A stretch of DNA of 64,000 nucleotides from Verrucomicrobiia bacterium (GTDB lineage: Bacteria > Verrucomicrobiota > Verrucomicrobiia > Palsa-1439), in assembly GCA_035501175.1 (NCBI GenBank), contig DATJWQ010000046.1:9701-73700 (forward strand), in the 5' to 3' direction. Position 1 is the first letter of the stretch, and each line of letters starts with the position of its first letter. The notes beneath the pieces are model-generated. The model ran no database searches, was not told where the DNA came from, and worked only from the letters and a program-made list of their open reading frames with translations. Shown here piece after piece: positions 9,872 through 19,175 of the stretch. A program made the position numbers and the translations under genes.

Positions 9872-11362
9872 GTGAGTTCAGACATCGTTATCGACGTAGA
9901 GAACGTATCGAAGGCCTACGCGATCTGGACCTCGCCCGCGGCTCGGTTGCACGGGCCGCTGTTGGGTCGCGTCGGACAATTGCCGTTTCTCCCCGCGGGC
10001 ACCCGCAACCTCTGCAAGCGGCTTTCACGCGAATCGTTCCGAAATTTCTACGCGCTGAAGAACATCTCATTCCAGGTCCGCCGTGGGGAAAGCTTCGGCA
10101 TCATCGGTCGCAACGGCTCGGGCAAGAGCACGCTGCTGCAGATCATCGCCGGGACGCTGATGCCGACGGAAGGCGAAACCCGCCTGGGCGGCAAGGTGGC
10201 GGCGCTGCTGGAATTGGGCAGCGGATTCAACCCGGAATTCACCGGCCGCGAGAACGTGTACATGAACGCCACGGTGCTGGGATTGAGCAGGCACCAAATC
10301 GATCTGAAATTCGACGAAATCGCCGATTTTGCCGACATTGGCGAATTCATTGATCAGCCGGTCAAGACGTACAGCAGCGGCATGCTGATGCGGCTCGCAT
10401 TCGCCGTGACGACGCGGGTGGACGCGGAAGTTGTCGTGATCGACGAGGCTCTGGCCGTGGGGGACATGTTTTTTCGGCAAAAATGCTACCAACATTTGGA
10501 ATCGTTGCGAGCCAAAGGCGTGTCCATTGTGCTGGTCTCGCATGGCATGGCAGATGTGGAGCAGTTCTGCCAGCGGGCCGTGTTGCTGCATCACGGCGAA
10601 CTGGTGTTCCAAGGGAGCGGTTCGGAAGCAGTCAAACGATATTATCTCGTCGAACAGGAAGAATACGCCCAGTCAATTGCGGCCAGTACCCCTCTTCCCC
10701 GGAGCCCGACCGCCCGGACGGTGGCCAGCGACGACGAGATTGAGTGGCCCACACCTGAGGCATTCCTCAATCTGTCGCGCGTGTCACAGGTGTCTAATGG
10801 CTGTGCGCGCTGTACCGGCGTCGCCATCTGTGATGCCGAGGGCCGCCCGTGTGCGGCCTTCCAGCAGGGAGAAACCGCGACGTTCTATTGCGAATTTGAA
10901 TTGGAGCGGGATATCGACGCGCCTTTGGCCGGCGTTGAGATCATTAACGACAAGGGGATCATTGTGCACGGGCGGACAACTCTCGAATACGGCGTGCCTG
11001 TTCCCTGCGGGGTGTCCCGGGGCAGTCGTCTGCGGTTGAAACAGGATATCACTCTCGAACTGGCCCTGGGCGAGTATACCTTCACGGTAGGACTGGGGAT
11101 GCTGGCACAACGAGATTACGAGATGGCCGATCGCTTCCCGCATGTCGAATTGCACAGCAAGATCGTGCGGCTTTGTGTTGTTCCAAAGGTTGGACAATTC
11201 TGCATTATCTTTCGTCGCGCCGGGAAGCCCGTGCAGTTGTTGCATCATGGCCTTGCGAATCTCCCCGGTTCGGCCCATCTGGTGGCCCGCGAAGGATCAC
11301 GCGCGTCAGCTCCGATTGAAACAGCAGTGGTGTTGGAGACGCATGATCGGGCGCATGTGTGA
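9872..11362 (+). CDS. wzt: polysaccharide export ABC transporter ATP-binding protein (Wzt/TagH/KpsT family) with a roughly 230-aa C-terminal extension, possibly a glycan-terminus-binding domain
   Basis: GTG start with AGGA ribosome-binding site. Walker A GRNGSGKST, signature YSSGMLMRLAFA, Walker B VVVIDEAL. The extra C-terminal domain is the arrangement seen in Wzt proteins that recognise capped O-antigen termini. Confidence 0.85.
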   Translation: MSSDIVIDVENVSKAYAIWTSPAARLHGPLLGRVGQLPFLPAGTRNLCKRLSRESFRNFYALKNISFQVRRGESFGIIGRNGSGKSTLLQIIAGTLMPTEGETRLGGKVAALLELGSGFNPEFTGRENVYMNATVLGLSRHQIDLKFDEIADFADIGEFIDQPVKTYSSGMLMRLAFAVTTRVDAEVVVIDEALAVGDMFFRQKCYQHLESLRAKGVSIVLVSHGMADVEQFCQRAVLLHHGELVFQGSGSEAVKRYYLVEQEEYAQSIAASTPLPRSPTARTVASDDEIEWPTPEAFLNLSRVSQVSNGCARCTGVAICDAEGRPCAAFQQGETATFYCEFELERDIDAPLAGVEIINDKGIIVHGRTTLEYGVPVPCGVSRGSRLRLKQDITLELALGEYTFTVGLGMLAQRDYEMADRFPHVELHSKIVRLCVVPKVGQFCIIFRRAGKPVQLLHHGLANLPGSAHLVAREGSRASAPIETAVVLETHDRAHV

Positions 11363-11398
11363 TGGTGAGACGGCCCGCGAAAGGTGCGACACTACCCG

Positions 11399-14300
11399 AT
11401 GAAAACCGGTCACCACAAACAAACGGATGTCGGCGGGGGTTCGCAGGGAGGTTCCCCCGTTCGCCGCGTGTGTTGGTGCGGCAACCTCCATTTTCAGGAA
11501 TTTGGAGGTGAGTATGGCTTGTGCCCGCAGTGTCAGACCTTGGTTTCGCTGGCCGGCACCGCGCCAGAAACCCGGATCACCAACGAGCAGGATTTCTACG
11601 GTGAGCAGTATTGGTATAAGCATCAGGTGGCGGAGTTGGGGTTCCCGAATATCCAAACGCGGGCGCGTATGGATATGCCCGAGCGATGCCTGTACTGGAT
11701 CCGGGCATTGCTCAGGTACAAATTGCCACCCGGGAAGGCGCTGGAGATGGGCTGTGCTCACGGCGGGTTTGTGAGCCTGCTCCGCTGGGCAGGGTTTGAT
11801 GCCGCCGGCTTGGAGATCAGCCCGTCCATTGCGGATCTGGCACGCTCCATTTTTGATGTGCCCGTGCTGGTCGGCCCCGTGGAGGATCAGTCGCTCGGCC
11901 AGAATAGCCTGGACGTGGTTGTCCTGATGGATGTGTTGGAGCATTTGCCGGAGCCCTTGGCGACGATCCGCCAATGCGTCAAGCTCCTCAGACCGGACGG
12001 GGTATTGCTCATCCAGACGCCGGAGTATCCCGCGGGGAAGCAGTATCAGCAGTTGGTTTCGGAGAAAAGCCGCTTTCTGGAGCAACTGAAGCCTCGCGAG
12101 CATCTCTTCCTGTTCAGTCAGGATTCGATCAAGCAATTCCTGATGCAGGCCGGATTGCGGAATCTGTCCTTCGAGCCGGCGATCTTCGGGCACTACGACA
12201 TGTTTTTTGTCGCGAGCCGCGCGCCGTTGCCAGTGCGAACCCCGGACGACATCGCACAGCAATTGTGTTCACAGGCTCCCGGGCGGCTGGTCTTGGCGCT
12301 CCTGGATTTGGACGAGCGGTTCCGGAACATGACTGCACGTTACGTCGAATCCGAAGCCGATCGTGGCGCCAGGCTGAACAGCATGCATGCCCTGGAGGCT
12401 CTCCTGAGGGAGTCCGAGACCGACCGCGCGGCGAGGCTGAAGGTGATTGAAGGACAGGGCGGCGAAATCGCCGTGTTGAACGCCGAGTTGAGGAGCCAGC
12501 AACAGGCTCGGACCGAAGCCGTCCATCGCCTGGGCGCGTTGGAATCGGAACTGTCACAGGCGGCGGCGCGATGTGCCGAGTTGAACGCCGAATTGAGGAG
12601 CCAGCAACAGGCTCGGACGGAAGTCTTGAATCGCCTGGGCACGTTGGAATCGGAACTGTCGCAGGCGATGGCCCGATGCGTCGCACTGGAGGGTGAGCGG
12701 GCTGCCACAGCGAGAGTGATTGAGGGACAACGTGGCGAAATCACCGGATTGAATGCCGAATTGCAGCGCCGGCAGAATCGCATGGATGCATTGGAAGCGG
12801 AATTGTCCCAAACTCACCGGACTCTGGGCGAACTTCAGCAGCGCCACGACGAACTGGATACTTCCTGCCAGCGGTTGCAAAACGAGTCACGATATCGCCA
12901 GGGACAATGGCAAACCTTGCTGCCTGCGTTGGAGAGCTTCCGAAACAGCGAAGCGCTCCATCTCCTTCGCTGGTGGAGGCCCCTACGTGAGCTGAATCAA
13001 GCTGCGCAGGCCGTTGTTCCCGAGCCCGCGCGCATCGAACCCCGTCCCCGTCGCCCGCAAACGCTCAGCCGCGTTTGGGTCGACCTGGCGCCCCTGCAGC
13101 CGGGGGGCGAAAACGGCGGCGCCAAATGGCTTGCGCTCGAATTGGTCAGGGAACTGGCGAGGCTCACCCCGGATTGTCAGTGGATCTTGCTTGCGTCCGA
13201 CAAGGCTCTTCCGGAACTGGCCGGCTATGCGAGGGAGAATATAAGCTGCTCCCGCGCTGACGCACGGCCCCGGAGACGGGGCCGCAACGGCTCACCCAAA
13301 CAAGCCTGGCGCATGCTGGGGTCAAACCGGTCATCATTGCCCCGACCGGATCTGGTGTTCTGTCCGTTTACGACCGCACGTCTGTATACCGACGATGTGC
13401 CGCTGGTCGCCGTCGTGCATGATCTTCAATACCTGGTTTATCCGCAGTTCTTCAGCGAACACGAGAGATCCCACCGGGCGAGGGAATTCAGTGATGTGTG
13501 CCGTTTTGCCTCGCGGATCATTTGCGTTTCCGACGCCGTGCGGGAAGCTGTCGTGCGGGAGGGAATGATCCAACCACACCGGGTGAAGAGCGTTCACACG
13601 CGGCTCTTTCACCGTCTACCGTCGCCAGCGGCGACAGCCGTGGCGCGGACCTTGCATCGGCTCCACGTGGAACCGGGCCGGTATCTGCTCTATCCGGCGA
13701 ATTTCTGGGCTCACAAGAACCACGAGATGCTCCTGACGGCGTTTGGCATGTACCGGGCCCGGGCGCCGGGTTCCGAAGTAAAGTTGGCTTTCACTGGGGC
13801 TCCCGGTGATCGAAGCGAGGAATTGCGGAAGATCGCTCGCCGCATGGGTCTGCAATCTGTCGTGGAGTTTTTGGGATTCCTGCCGGGGGATGACTTCGCG
13901 GCGGTGCTCAGCGGTTGTCGAGCCGTGATCTTTCCGTCGCTGTTCGAGGGGTTTGGATTGCCGGTACTGGAGGCCATGGCGTTTGACAAGCCCGTCTTGT
14001 GCAGCAATGGAACCGCCTTATCCGAAGTCTCGGGTGAGGCAGCGTTGTTTTTCGATCCTCGAAAACCGAAGACCATTGTCGCCGCGCTGGAGAGGCTTGA
14101 GAATGACTCGTCCCTGGCGCCGAAGTTGGTCGCTCTCGGTCGCCGCCGGTTGGCGGAGCTGGGGGGCGCCGAGGTGATGGCCCGCGACTACCTGCGGATT
14201 TTCCAGGAAGCGTTGAAGGAAGATGACAATTGGGTCCCTGCGGCGCGCGGCATTTACGGGGACGGGTGGACCCAGGATCGTATAACCATCGTTTACGACA

Positions 14301-14617
14301 GCAGCAACGTCTCCCGCTACCTGGAGCTGGAGCTTCGTGCGCCGCCATGGTTGCCCTCGCCGGCGGTGTCCGTAACGATCACCGGCGGAAAAGACCGTCG
14401 TGACCACCAGACCCGGCAGATCCGACGCGGGCACTCGGTGGTGTTGCGTCGCGCCCTCCCCGAGGCGGGAGGAAGAGTCGAAATTCGGATCGATCCGTGT
14501 TTTCAACCCAGCGCTGTCAATCTGGGACCTGACACGCGCCTGCTGGGATGCTTTTGCGACCAGTGTCGGATCGTATCGGTTGACGGTAGCTCCGCGCTGT
14601 ATCAGAAGGACAGATGA
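11399..14617 (+). CDS. multidomain protein: N-terminal Zn-ribbon plus class I SAM methyltransferase, central coiled coil with tandem repeats, C-terminal GT4 glycosyltransferase (putative chain-terminator/ruler-polymerase fusion)
   Basis: CxxC...CxxC then methyltransferase motifs (LEMGCAHGGF; VVVLMDVLEHLPEP). Residues around 300-520 are a heptad-rich coiled coil with 35-aa repeats. C-terminal GT4 motif FPSLFEGFGLPVLEAMAFDKPVLCS. Stop overlaps the next gene start (ATGA). Confidence 0.8.
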   Translation: MKTGHHKQTDVGGGSQGGSPVRRVCWCGNLHFQEFGGEYGLCPQCQTLVSLAGTAPETRITNEQDFYGEQYWYKHQVAELGFPNIQTRARMDMPERCLYWIRALLRYKLPPGKALEMGCAHGGFVSLLRWAGFDAAGLEISPSIADLARSIFDVPVLVGPVEDQSLGQNSLDVVVLMDVLEHLPEPLATIRQCVKLLRPDGVLLIQTPEYPAGKQYQQLVSEKSRFLEQLKPREHLFLFSQDSIKQFLMQAGLRNLSFEPAIFGHYDMFFVASRAPLPVRTPDDIAQQLCSQAPGRLVLALLDLDERFRNMTARYVESEADRGARLNSMHALEALLRESETDRAARLKVIEGQGGEIAVLNAELRSQQQARTEAVHRLGALESELSQAAARCAELNAELRSQQQARTEVLNRLGTLESELSQAMARCVALEGERAATARVIEGQRGEITGLNAELQRRQNRMDALEAELSQTHRTLGELQQRHDELDTSCQRLQNESRYRQGQWQTLLPALESFRNSEALHLLRWWRPLRELNQAAQAVVPEPARIEPRPRRPQTLSRVWVDLAPLQPGGENGGAKWLALELVRELARLTPDCQWILLASDKALPELAGYARENISCSRADARPRRRGRNGSPKQAWRMLGSNRSSLPRPDLVFCPFTTARLYTDDVPLVAVVHDLQYLVYPQFFSEHERSHRAREFSDVCRFASRIICVSDAVREAVVREGMIQPHRVKSVHTRLFHRLPSPAATAVARTLHRLHVEPGRYLLYPANFWAHKNHEMLLTAFGMYRARAPGSEVKLAFTGAPGDRSEELRKIARRMGLQSVVEFLGFLPGDDFAAVLSGCRAVIFPSLFEGFGLPVLEAMAFDKPVLCSNGTALSEVSGEAALFFDPRKPKTIVAALERLENDSSLAPKLVALGRRRLAELGGAEVMARDYLRIFQEALKEDDNWVPAARGIYGDGWTQDRITIVYDSSNVSRYLELELRAPPWLPSPAVSVTITGGKDRRDHQTRQIRRGHSVVLRRALPEAGGRVEIRIDPCFQPSAVNLGPDTRLLGCFCDQCRIVSVDGSSALYQKDR
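12475..12685 (+). repeat. two tandem copies of a 105-bp (35-aa, five-heptad) repeat inside the coiled-coil segment, flanked by degenerate copies
   Basis: 12475-12579 and 12580-12684 are about 90% identical (gttgaacgccgaRttgaggagccagcaacaggctcggac...). More diverged copies lie around 12430 and 12740. Confidence 0.8.
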
Positions 14618-15507
14618 AGGTCCCCATTAGCATCATTACGCCCTCCTACAACCAGGGCCGGTACATTGAACGGACGATCCGCAGCGTGCTGGATCAGGGG
14701 ATCGCGGGCATGGAGTATCTCGTAATCGACGGGGGAAGCAACGACGAGACCGTTCCGATCCTGCGCGATTTTGGGGACAGAGTGTCCTGGGTCTCGGAAA
14801 GCGATGCGGGCCATTCCGATGCGATCAACAAGGGGATCCGTCGATCAACGGGGGCGATTATTGGCTGGCTGAACTCGGATGACGTGTATTACCCGGGAGC
14901 GCTCCAGAACGTGTTGGAGTATTTCGAAGAACACCCGGATGTCGAGGTGGTTTATGGCGATGCCAACCACATTGATGAGCACGATCAATTCATCGAGAAG
15001 TACCCGACGGAGACGTGGGATTGGAACCGGCTGATCGAGACGTGTTTCATCAGCCAGCCGGCAACGTTTCTGCGGCGGTCGGTGGTGGATCGCTGTGGCT
15101 TGCTCGACGTGACACTACGCCAGAGCATGGACTACGAATACTGGATCCGCCTGGGCAAGGCCGGCGTGCGGTTTGCCTATTTGCCGAGGCTGCTCGCCGC
15201 GACACGGCTGCATGATGAGTCGTTTACCGTTGGCTCGCGGGTGGCGTGCCATCGCGCGGTCAATGTGCTGATGCGCCGGCATTTCGGCCGGGTGCCGGAC
15301 CGATGGATTTTCAACTACGCGCATGCCGTCGTCGAAACCAAAGGAATTCAGCGGGATCATGCGTTGTCCTTTGCCATCGCCATTTCCGCGGTTTCCTGGT
15401 ACGCGGCGGTGCGCTGGAACCACGGGATCAATGGTGCCATCTGGAAGACCACCGGCTCGTGGTTGTGGGGAAACCTGCGGCGCAGTATGCACGGAAGGCC
15501 GGCATGA
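14614..15507 (+). CDS. glycosyltransferase family 2
   Basis: N-terminal ISIITPSYNQGRYIERTIRSVLDQ and YLVIDGGSNDET are classic GT2 motifs. Start overlaps the upstream stop. Confidence 0.8.
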   Translation: MKVPISIITPSYNQGRYIERTIRSVLDQGIAGMEYLVIDGGSNDETVPILRDFGDRVSWVSESDAGHSDAINKGIRRSTGAIIGWLNSDDVYYPGALQNVLEYFEEHPDVEVVYGDANHIDEHDQFIEKYPTETWDWNRLIETCFISQPATFLRRSVVDRCGLLDVTLRQSMDYEYWIRLGKAGVRFAYLPRLLAATRLHDESFTVGSRVACHRAVNVLMRRHFGRVPDRWIFNYAHAVVETKGIQRDHALSFAIAISAVSWYAAVRWNHGINGAIWKTTGSWLWGNLRRSMHGRPA

Positions 15508-16658
15508 GAATCGGATTCGATGTCAGTCAAACCGGTGCGGGCAGGTCGGGTTGCGGCTATTTTGCTGAGAGCATGATTCGTCATCTGGCAGAAATTGATG
15601 ACGGGAATGAGTATGTGCTCTACCCGACCTTCGGCAGCCATTGGTGGGATCCCGATTGGCAGTCGGGAATCGCCACCGTGGCGGGGCCGAACTTCCAGCG
15701 CTGGGAAGGGCACCAATCGCATCAGGAATCACGACGGTTCTGGGACGAGCCAACGGAGCAATTCGAGGCTCATCTTGGTGATCCGGATATCGTCCACGCC
15801 AATAACTTTTTCTGTCCCAAGGGCCTCCACGCAGCACGTCTGGTGTACACACTGCACGACCTGGCGTTTCTGGAATATCCCGAGTTCGCAACGGAAGCGA
15901 ATCGGCTGGCGTGTTTTGACGGGGTCCTCCGCGCGAGTCTGTTGGCGGATTTGATTGTTGCGGTCTCCGAGCATTCGCGCCACCACTTTTTGGAAACATT
16001 CCCGCATTATCCGCCCGAGAGAGCGATTGTCATGCATGAGGCCAGCCGGTTCGCGTCCCGACCGATTGCTCGCCCGGAGAAGCTGTCAATGCTCGCACCG
16101 GGAGAATTCTGGCTGAGCGTCGGCACGCTTGAGCCGCGCAAAAACCCTGTTCGATTGTTCCGCGCTTATGCCCGGCTCAAATCCAGCGCACCGCTGACAT
16201 GGCCGCTGGTTTGGGCTGGCGGTAACGGCTGGCTGATGGATGACCTCCCGCATCTGCTCAAAGAGGAGGGGCTGGAGCGTGACATCCTGTTGCTGGGGCG
16301 CGTCGATGACGAAAGCCTGCAGTGGCTCTACCAGAATTGCTTCGCCTTCGTCTTTCCTTCCGTCTTCGAAGGCTTCGGCCTGCCCGTCCTCGAAGCACTC
16401 AGCTTGGGCGCGCCGGTCATCGCCGCCAACACAACGTCGATTCCGGAAGTGGTCGGCGCGGCTGGGTTGTTGGTCGATCCGCTTTCCGAGGACGAGATCC
16501 TCGCGGCCATGATGAAACTCGATGGTGATAAGGCTCTGCGACAGGGTCTCAGCTCGGCAGGACCCCGTCAGGCCGAGCGGTTTTCCTGGACCCAATCTGC
16601 GCGGCAGCTCTTGCAGCAATACCAACGCACCTGTGAATCGGCTCCGTTCGCGAATTGA
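15504..16658 (+). CDS. glycosyltransferase family 4
   Basis: ATG at 15504 overlaps the upstream stop (ATGA). GT4 motif FPSVFEGFGLPVLEALSLGAPVIAANTTSIPEV. Confidence 0.8.
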   Translation: MRIGFDVSQTGAGRSGCGYFAESMIRHLAEIDDGNEYVLYPTFGSHWWDPDWQSGIATVAGPNFQRWEGHQSHQESRRFWDEPTEQFEAHLGDPDIVHANNFFCPKGLHAARLVYTLHDLAFLEYPEFATEANRLACFDGVLRASLLADLIVAVSEHSRHHFLETFPHYPPERAIVMHEASRFASRPIARPEKLSMLAPGEFWLSVGTLEPRKNPVRLFRAYARLKSSAPLTWPLVWAGGNGWLMDDLPHLLKEEGLERDILLLGRVDDESLQWLYQNCFAFVFPSVFEGFGLPVLEALSLGAPVIAANTTSIPEVVGAAGLLVDPLSEDEILAAMMKLDGDKALRQGLSSAGPRQAERFSWTQSARQLLQQYQRTCESAPFAN

Positions 16659-16788
16659 ACTTCCGAACCACAAATATGGGCGAGGCGACGATTCACTCAA
16701 GACTGCGAATGCAACAACGTCTAACCGCAAGAGATGCTGGCGATGCCCTTGGGTTGGATGCCACTTGTTCCAAAGAAGTTGGCCGATT

Positions 16789-19155
16789 ATGAGTCGATAT
16801 TTGGAGTTAGGAGCGGAAGAAGGCAGGTCCTCTTGGTGGGCTGAATTCCTGACGTTCTCGCCCGTCTGGTTGGCTCTTGTGATTATGCTCCCGCGACTTC
16901 TCCAGCCGCACTTCGGTTTACTCGACGACGGGGTCACCCTCAGTGCCAGTCAAGGTGTCGGGGGTTGGACGCTGCCATTTCACATGTCCGGTGATACGGG
17001 CAGGTTCTGTCCTGTTTACTGGGCTTACTACCGCGCCATCTACAAGATCGTGGGTGCCAGACCGCTGCTTTTTTTTGGCGCCCAGTGCGTTCTCTTGGCC
17101 GCTACGGTCGCCGGGCTGATCCACTTTGGCCGACTGGTTGGCGCCAGCCGGTTCCAAGCCGGCACTGCGGGACTCTTCTTTGTGGTCTCCGGTCCTGTCA
17201 TCGAGAACTTCTATACCATCTCGAAGGCGGAGCCCATCCAGGTTTTGCTCCTCCTTTGTTCGCTTATTTTGGCGGAGTACTGTGCTCGGCAGGGCGCGCT
17301 TAAACGACAAATTGGATTTGTATTGGTAATTGCGGGCATGCTGCTGATGGCGAATGGGGCCAAGGAAACCAGTTTGGTGATGATCCCGATCAGCATGGCC
17401 CTGCTTGCAGTGACTCTGGTCCGAAAGCGCTGGCGGAGAGAAGGTCCCCCCGTTCGAGACAGCATCCTCTTCGTGTTTGCGACTCTTGTCGCCGGGATGG
17501 CATTCCTGCTTCTGCGCAAGCATTTTTCGACCTCTTCAATTGCCTCGGGCAGCTACACAAAAGCGTACTCTCTGGTCAATGTCCACGACTCGGCTTGGCG
17601 GCTACTGGCATGGTTGATTAGAGATTTCCCCCAACTGTTGCCATTGGGGGTTGTTGCGGGCCTGTCGTACAAACAGCGTAACCTATCCCAAAGCCGGCTA
17701 TTGTGGCTCTCGGTGATATGGATGCTGTTCTGGATGGGGATTTTTGCCCCTTGGCATTCTTGCTTGGAGTATTACCTGTTGCCCTTTGCGATGGGTTCCG
17801 CGCTCTTTTTCGGGCTGACCGTTGCCGAAGGCATCGACATGCTGTCTCAACCCGGCAAGGGGATTCCAAGGGTTGTCGCCGCCATATGCATGGTGGTCGC
17901 TGTCTGGCTGACCCAATTTACCGTCATAAATAATATTACCAATGCCAGGGTCCAGCTGAACGTTGACCGGGTGAATTCGAAGCTTGTGAGGTTTCTGGCT
18001 GGGTTGCCGGTGGACAGCCGTGTTCTTATCAATCTCTTGGAACCAAATGAATACACCTACGAGGTGGGAGTACACCTGCGGGATTTGAATCGCCGACCCG
18101 ATCTGCACGTTGATTACTTCCGGTTTCAGACCGCGACTCCGACTGAGCCAACAACGACCTATTATGTCGCGTCACCCCTGATGACCAATCAATTGCTCCC
18201 GTCGGTTCGCGTGGCCGTCGACGAATCAACAGCCAATGTGATGACCGAGTGCTTGGCTGGTTTTCTCGGCGAAACGGATCCGCTGGTTTATCATTCGCAA
18301 GCCGCCTTTCCATTATTGGATATTGGTTTCCAACGGATTCTATGTGGACTCGGTGTCGACGGCTTGGATTGCGGGGTGCCGAGAGCGTTTGTCGAAGGTC
18401 GGACTTTCCTTTACGGCTGGCAGGTGCATCGTGTGGTTCGGGAAATCTTGCATCAGGCGCGTCCCGGCAGATATTATGCAGGTGGAAGGTGGGAGCTAAG
18501 CGGCCCTGCCGCGGTGGTACAGAGGATTCAGTTTGGCAAGGACGCTGACCTGCCCGTTGTGGGAGACTGGAACGGGGATGGTTCAACCGGTATCGGCGTG
18601 TTCCGACCGTCTGACCTGACGTGGCGACTGGATTCTAACATGAACGGCACAACGGGGCTGGTGTTTCGGTTTGAGGGGATGAAAGCTGGCGACATTCCGA
18701 TTGTCGGAGATTGGGATGGCAACGGTACCGCCACCCCGGGGTATTTTCGTCCCGCAGACGCCAGCTGGCACCTGCGAAACAGTAATTCAACGGGCGCTGA
18801 AGACTGGCCGATTCTGCACTTCGGGATGCCAACGGATCTCCCCGTTGTTGGTGATTGGAATGGTGAGGGTCGCGATACCATTGGGATTTATCGACCGGAG
18901 AATGGCGAAGTGGACCTGAAGAATGACCTCAGTCCGGCACCGGCTCAAATCGTGTTCAGTGCACCGCGGAACGCGAAGCCAGTCGTGGGAAAGTGGTCTG
19001 GAGGCAGGGTCTGCACATTCGCTTTTGTTGTCGGGACCAATTGGAAATTGCGGCCGGTGAATTGTCAGGCCCCGGTTCTCAATCCGCCAGCCGATTTCGA
19101 GTTTGGCTCCACGGAAGGCCGTCCTGTGGCTGGGAACTGGAGGCCGGGACCGTGA
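16789..19155 (+). CDS. GT-C fold polytopic membrane glycosyltransferase-like protein with a C-terminal domain of FG-GAP-like repeats
   Basis: About 12 TM helices, with an acidic DD motif in the first extracytoplasmic loop (FGLLDDGV). The C-terminal 250 aa contain four VGDWNGDG...G.FRP repeats. Sits directly upstream of a GtrB-like gene. Confidence 0.6.
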   Translation: MSRYLELGAEEGRSSWWAEFLTFSPVWLALVIMLPRLLQPHFGLLDDGVTLSASQGVGGWTLPFHMSGDTGRFCPVYWAYYRAIYKIVGARPLLFFGAQCVLLAATVAGLIHFGRLVGASRFQAGTAGLFFVVSGPVIENFYTISKAEPIQVLLLLCSLILAEYCARQGALKRQIGFVLVIAGMLLMANGAKETSLVMIPISMALLAVTLVRKRWRREGPPVRDSILFVFATLVAGMAFLLLRKHFSTSSIASGSYTKAYSLVNVHDSAWRLLAWLIRDFPQLLPLGVVAGLSYKQRNLSQSRLLWLSVIWMLFWMGIFAPWHSCLEYYLLPFAMGSALFFGLTVAEGIDMLSQPGKGIPRVVAAICMVVAVWLTQFTVINNITNARVQLNVDRVNSKLVRFLAGLPVDSRVLINLLEPNEYTYEVGVHLRDLNRRPDLHVDYFRFQTATPTEPTTTYYVASPLMTNQLLPSVRVAVDESTANVMTECLAGFLGETDPLVYHSQAAFPLLDIGFQRILCGLGVDGLDCGVPRAFVEGRTFLYGWQVHRVVREILHQARPGRYYAGGRWELSGPAAVVQRIQFGKDADLPVVGDWNGDGSTGIGVFRPSDLTWRLDSNMNGTTGLVFRFEGMKAGDIPIVGDWDGNGTATPGYFRPADASWHLRNSNSTGAEDWPILHFGMPTDLPVVGDWNGEGRDTIGIYRPENGEVDLKNDLSPAPAQIVFSAPRNAKPVVGKWSGGRVCTFAFVVGTNWKLRPVNCQAPVLNPPADFEFGSTEGRPVAGNWRPGP

Positions 19156-19175
19156 GCGATGCCCGCGACAACAAA

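Noticed and set aside
10067-12262. Minus-strand ORFs 10067-10612 and 11306-12262 opposite the Wzt and fusion-protein genes
   Set aside because: Overlap genes with clear ABC and methyltransferase motifs; no motifs of their own.
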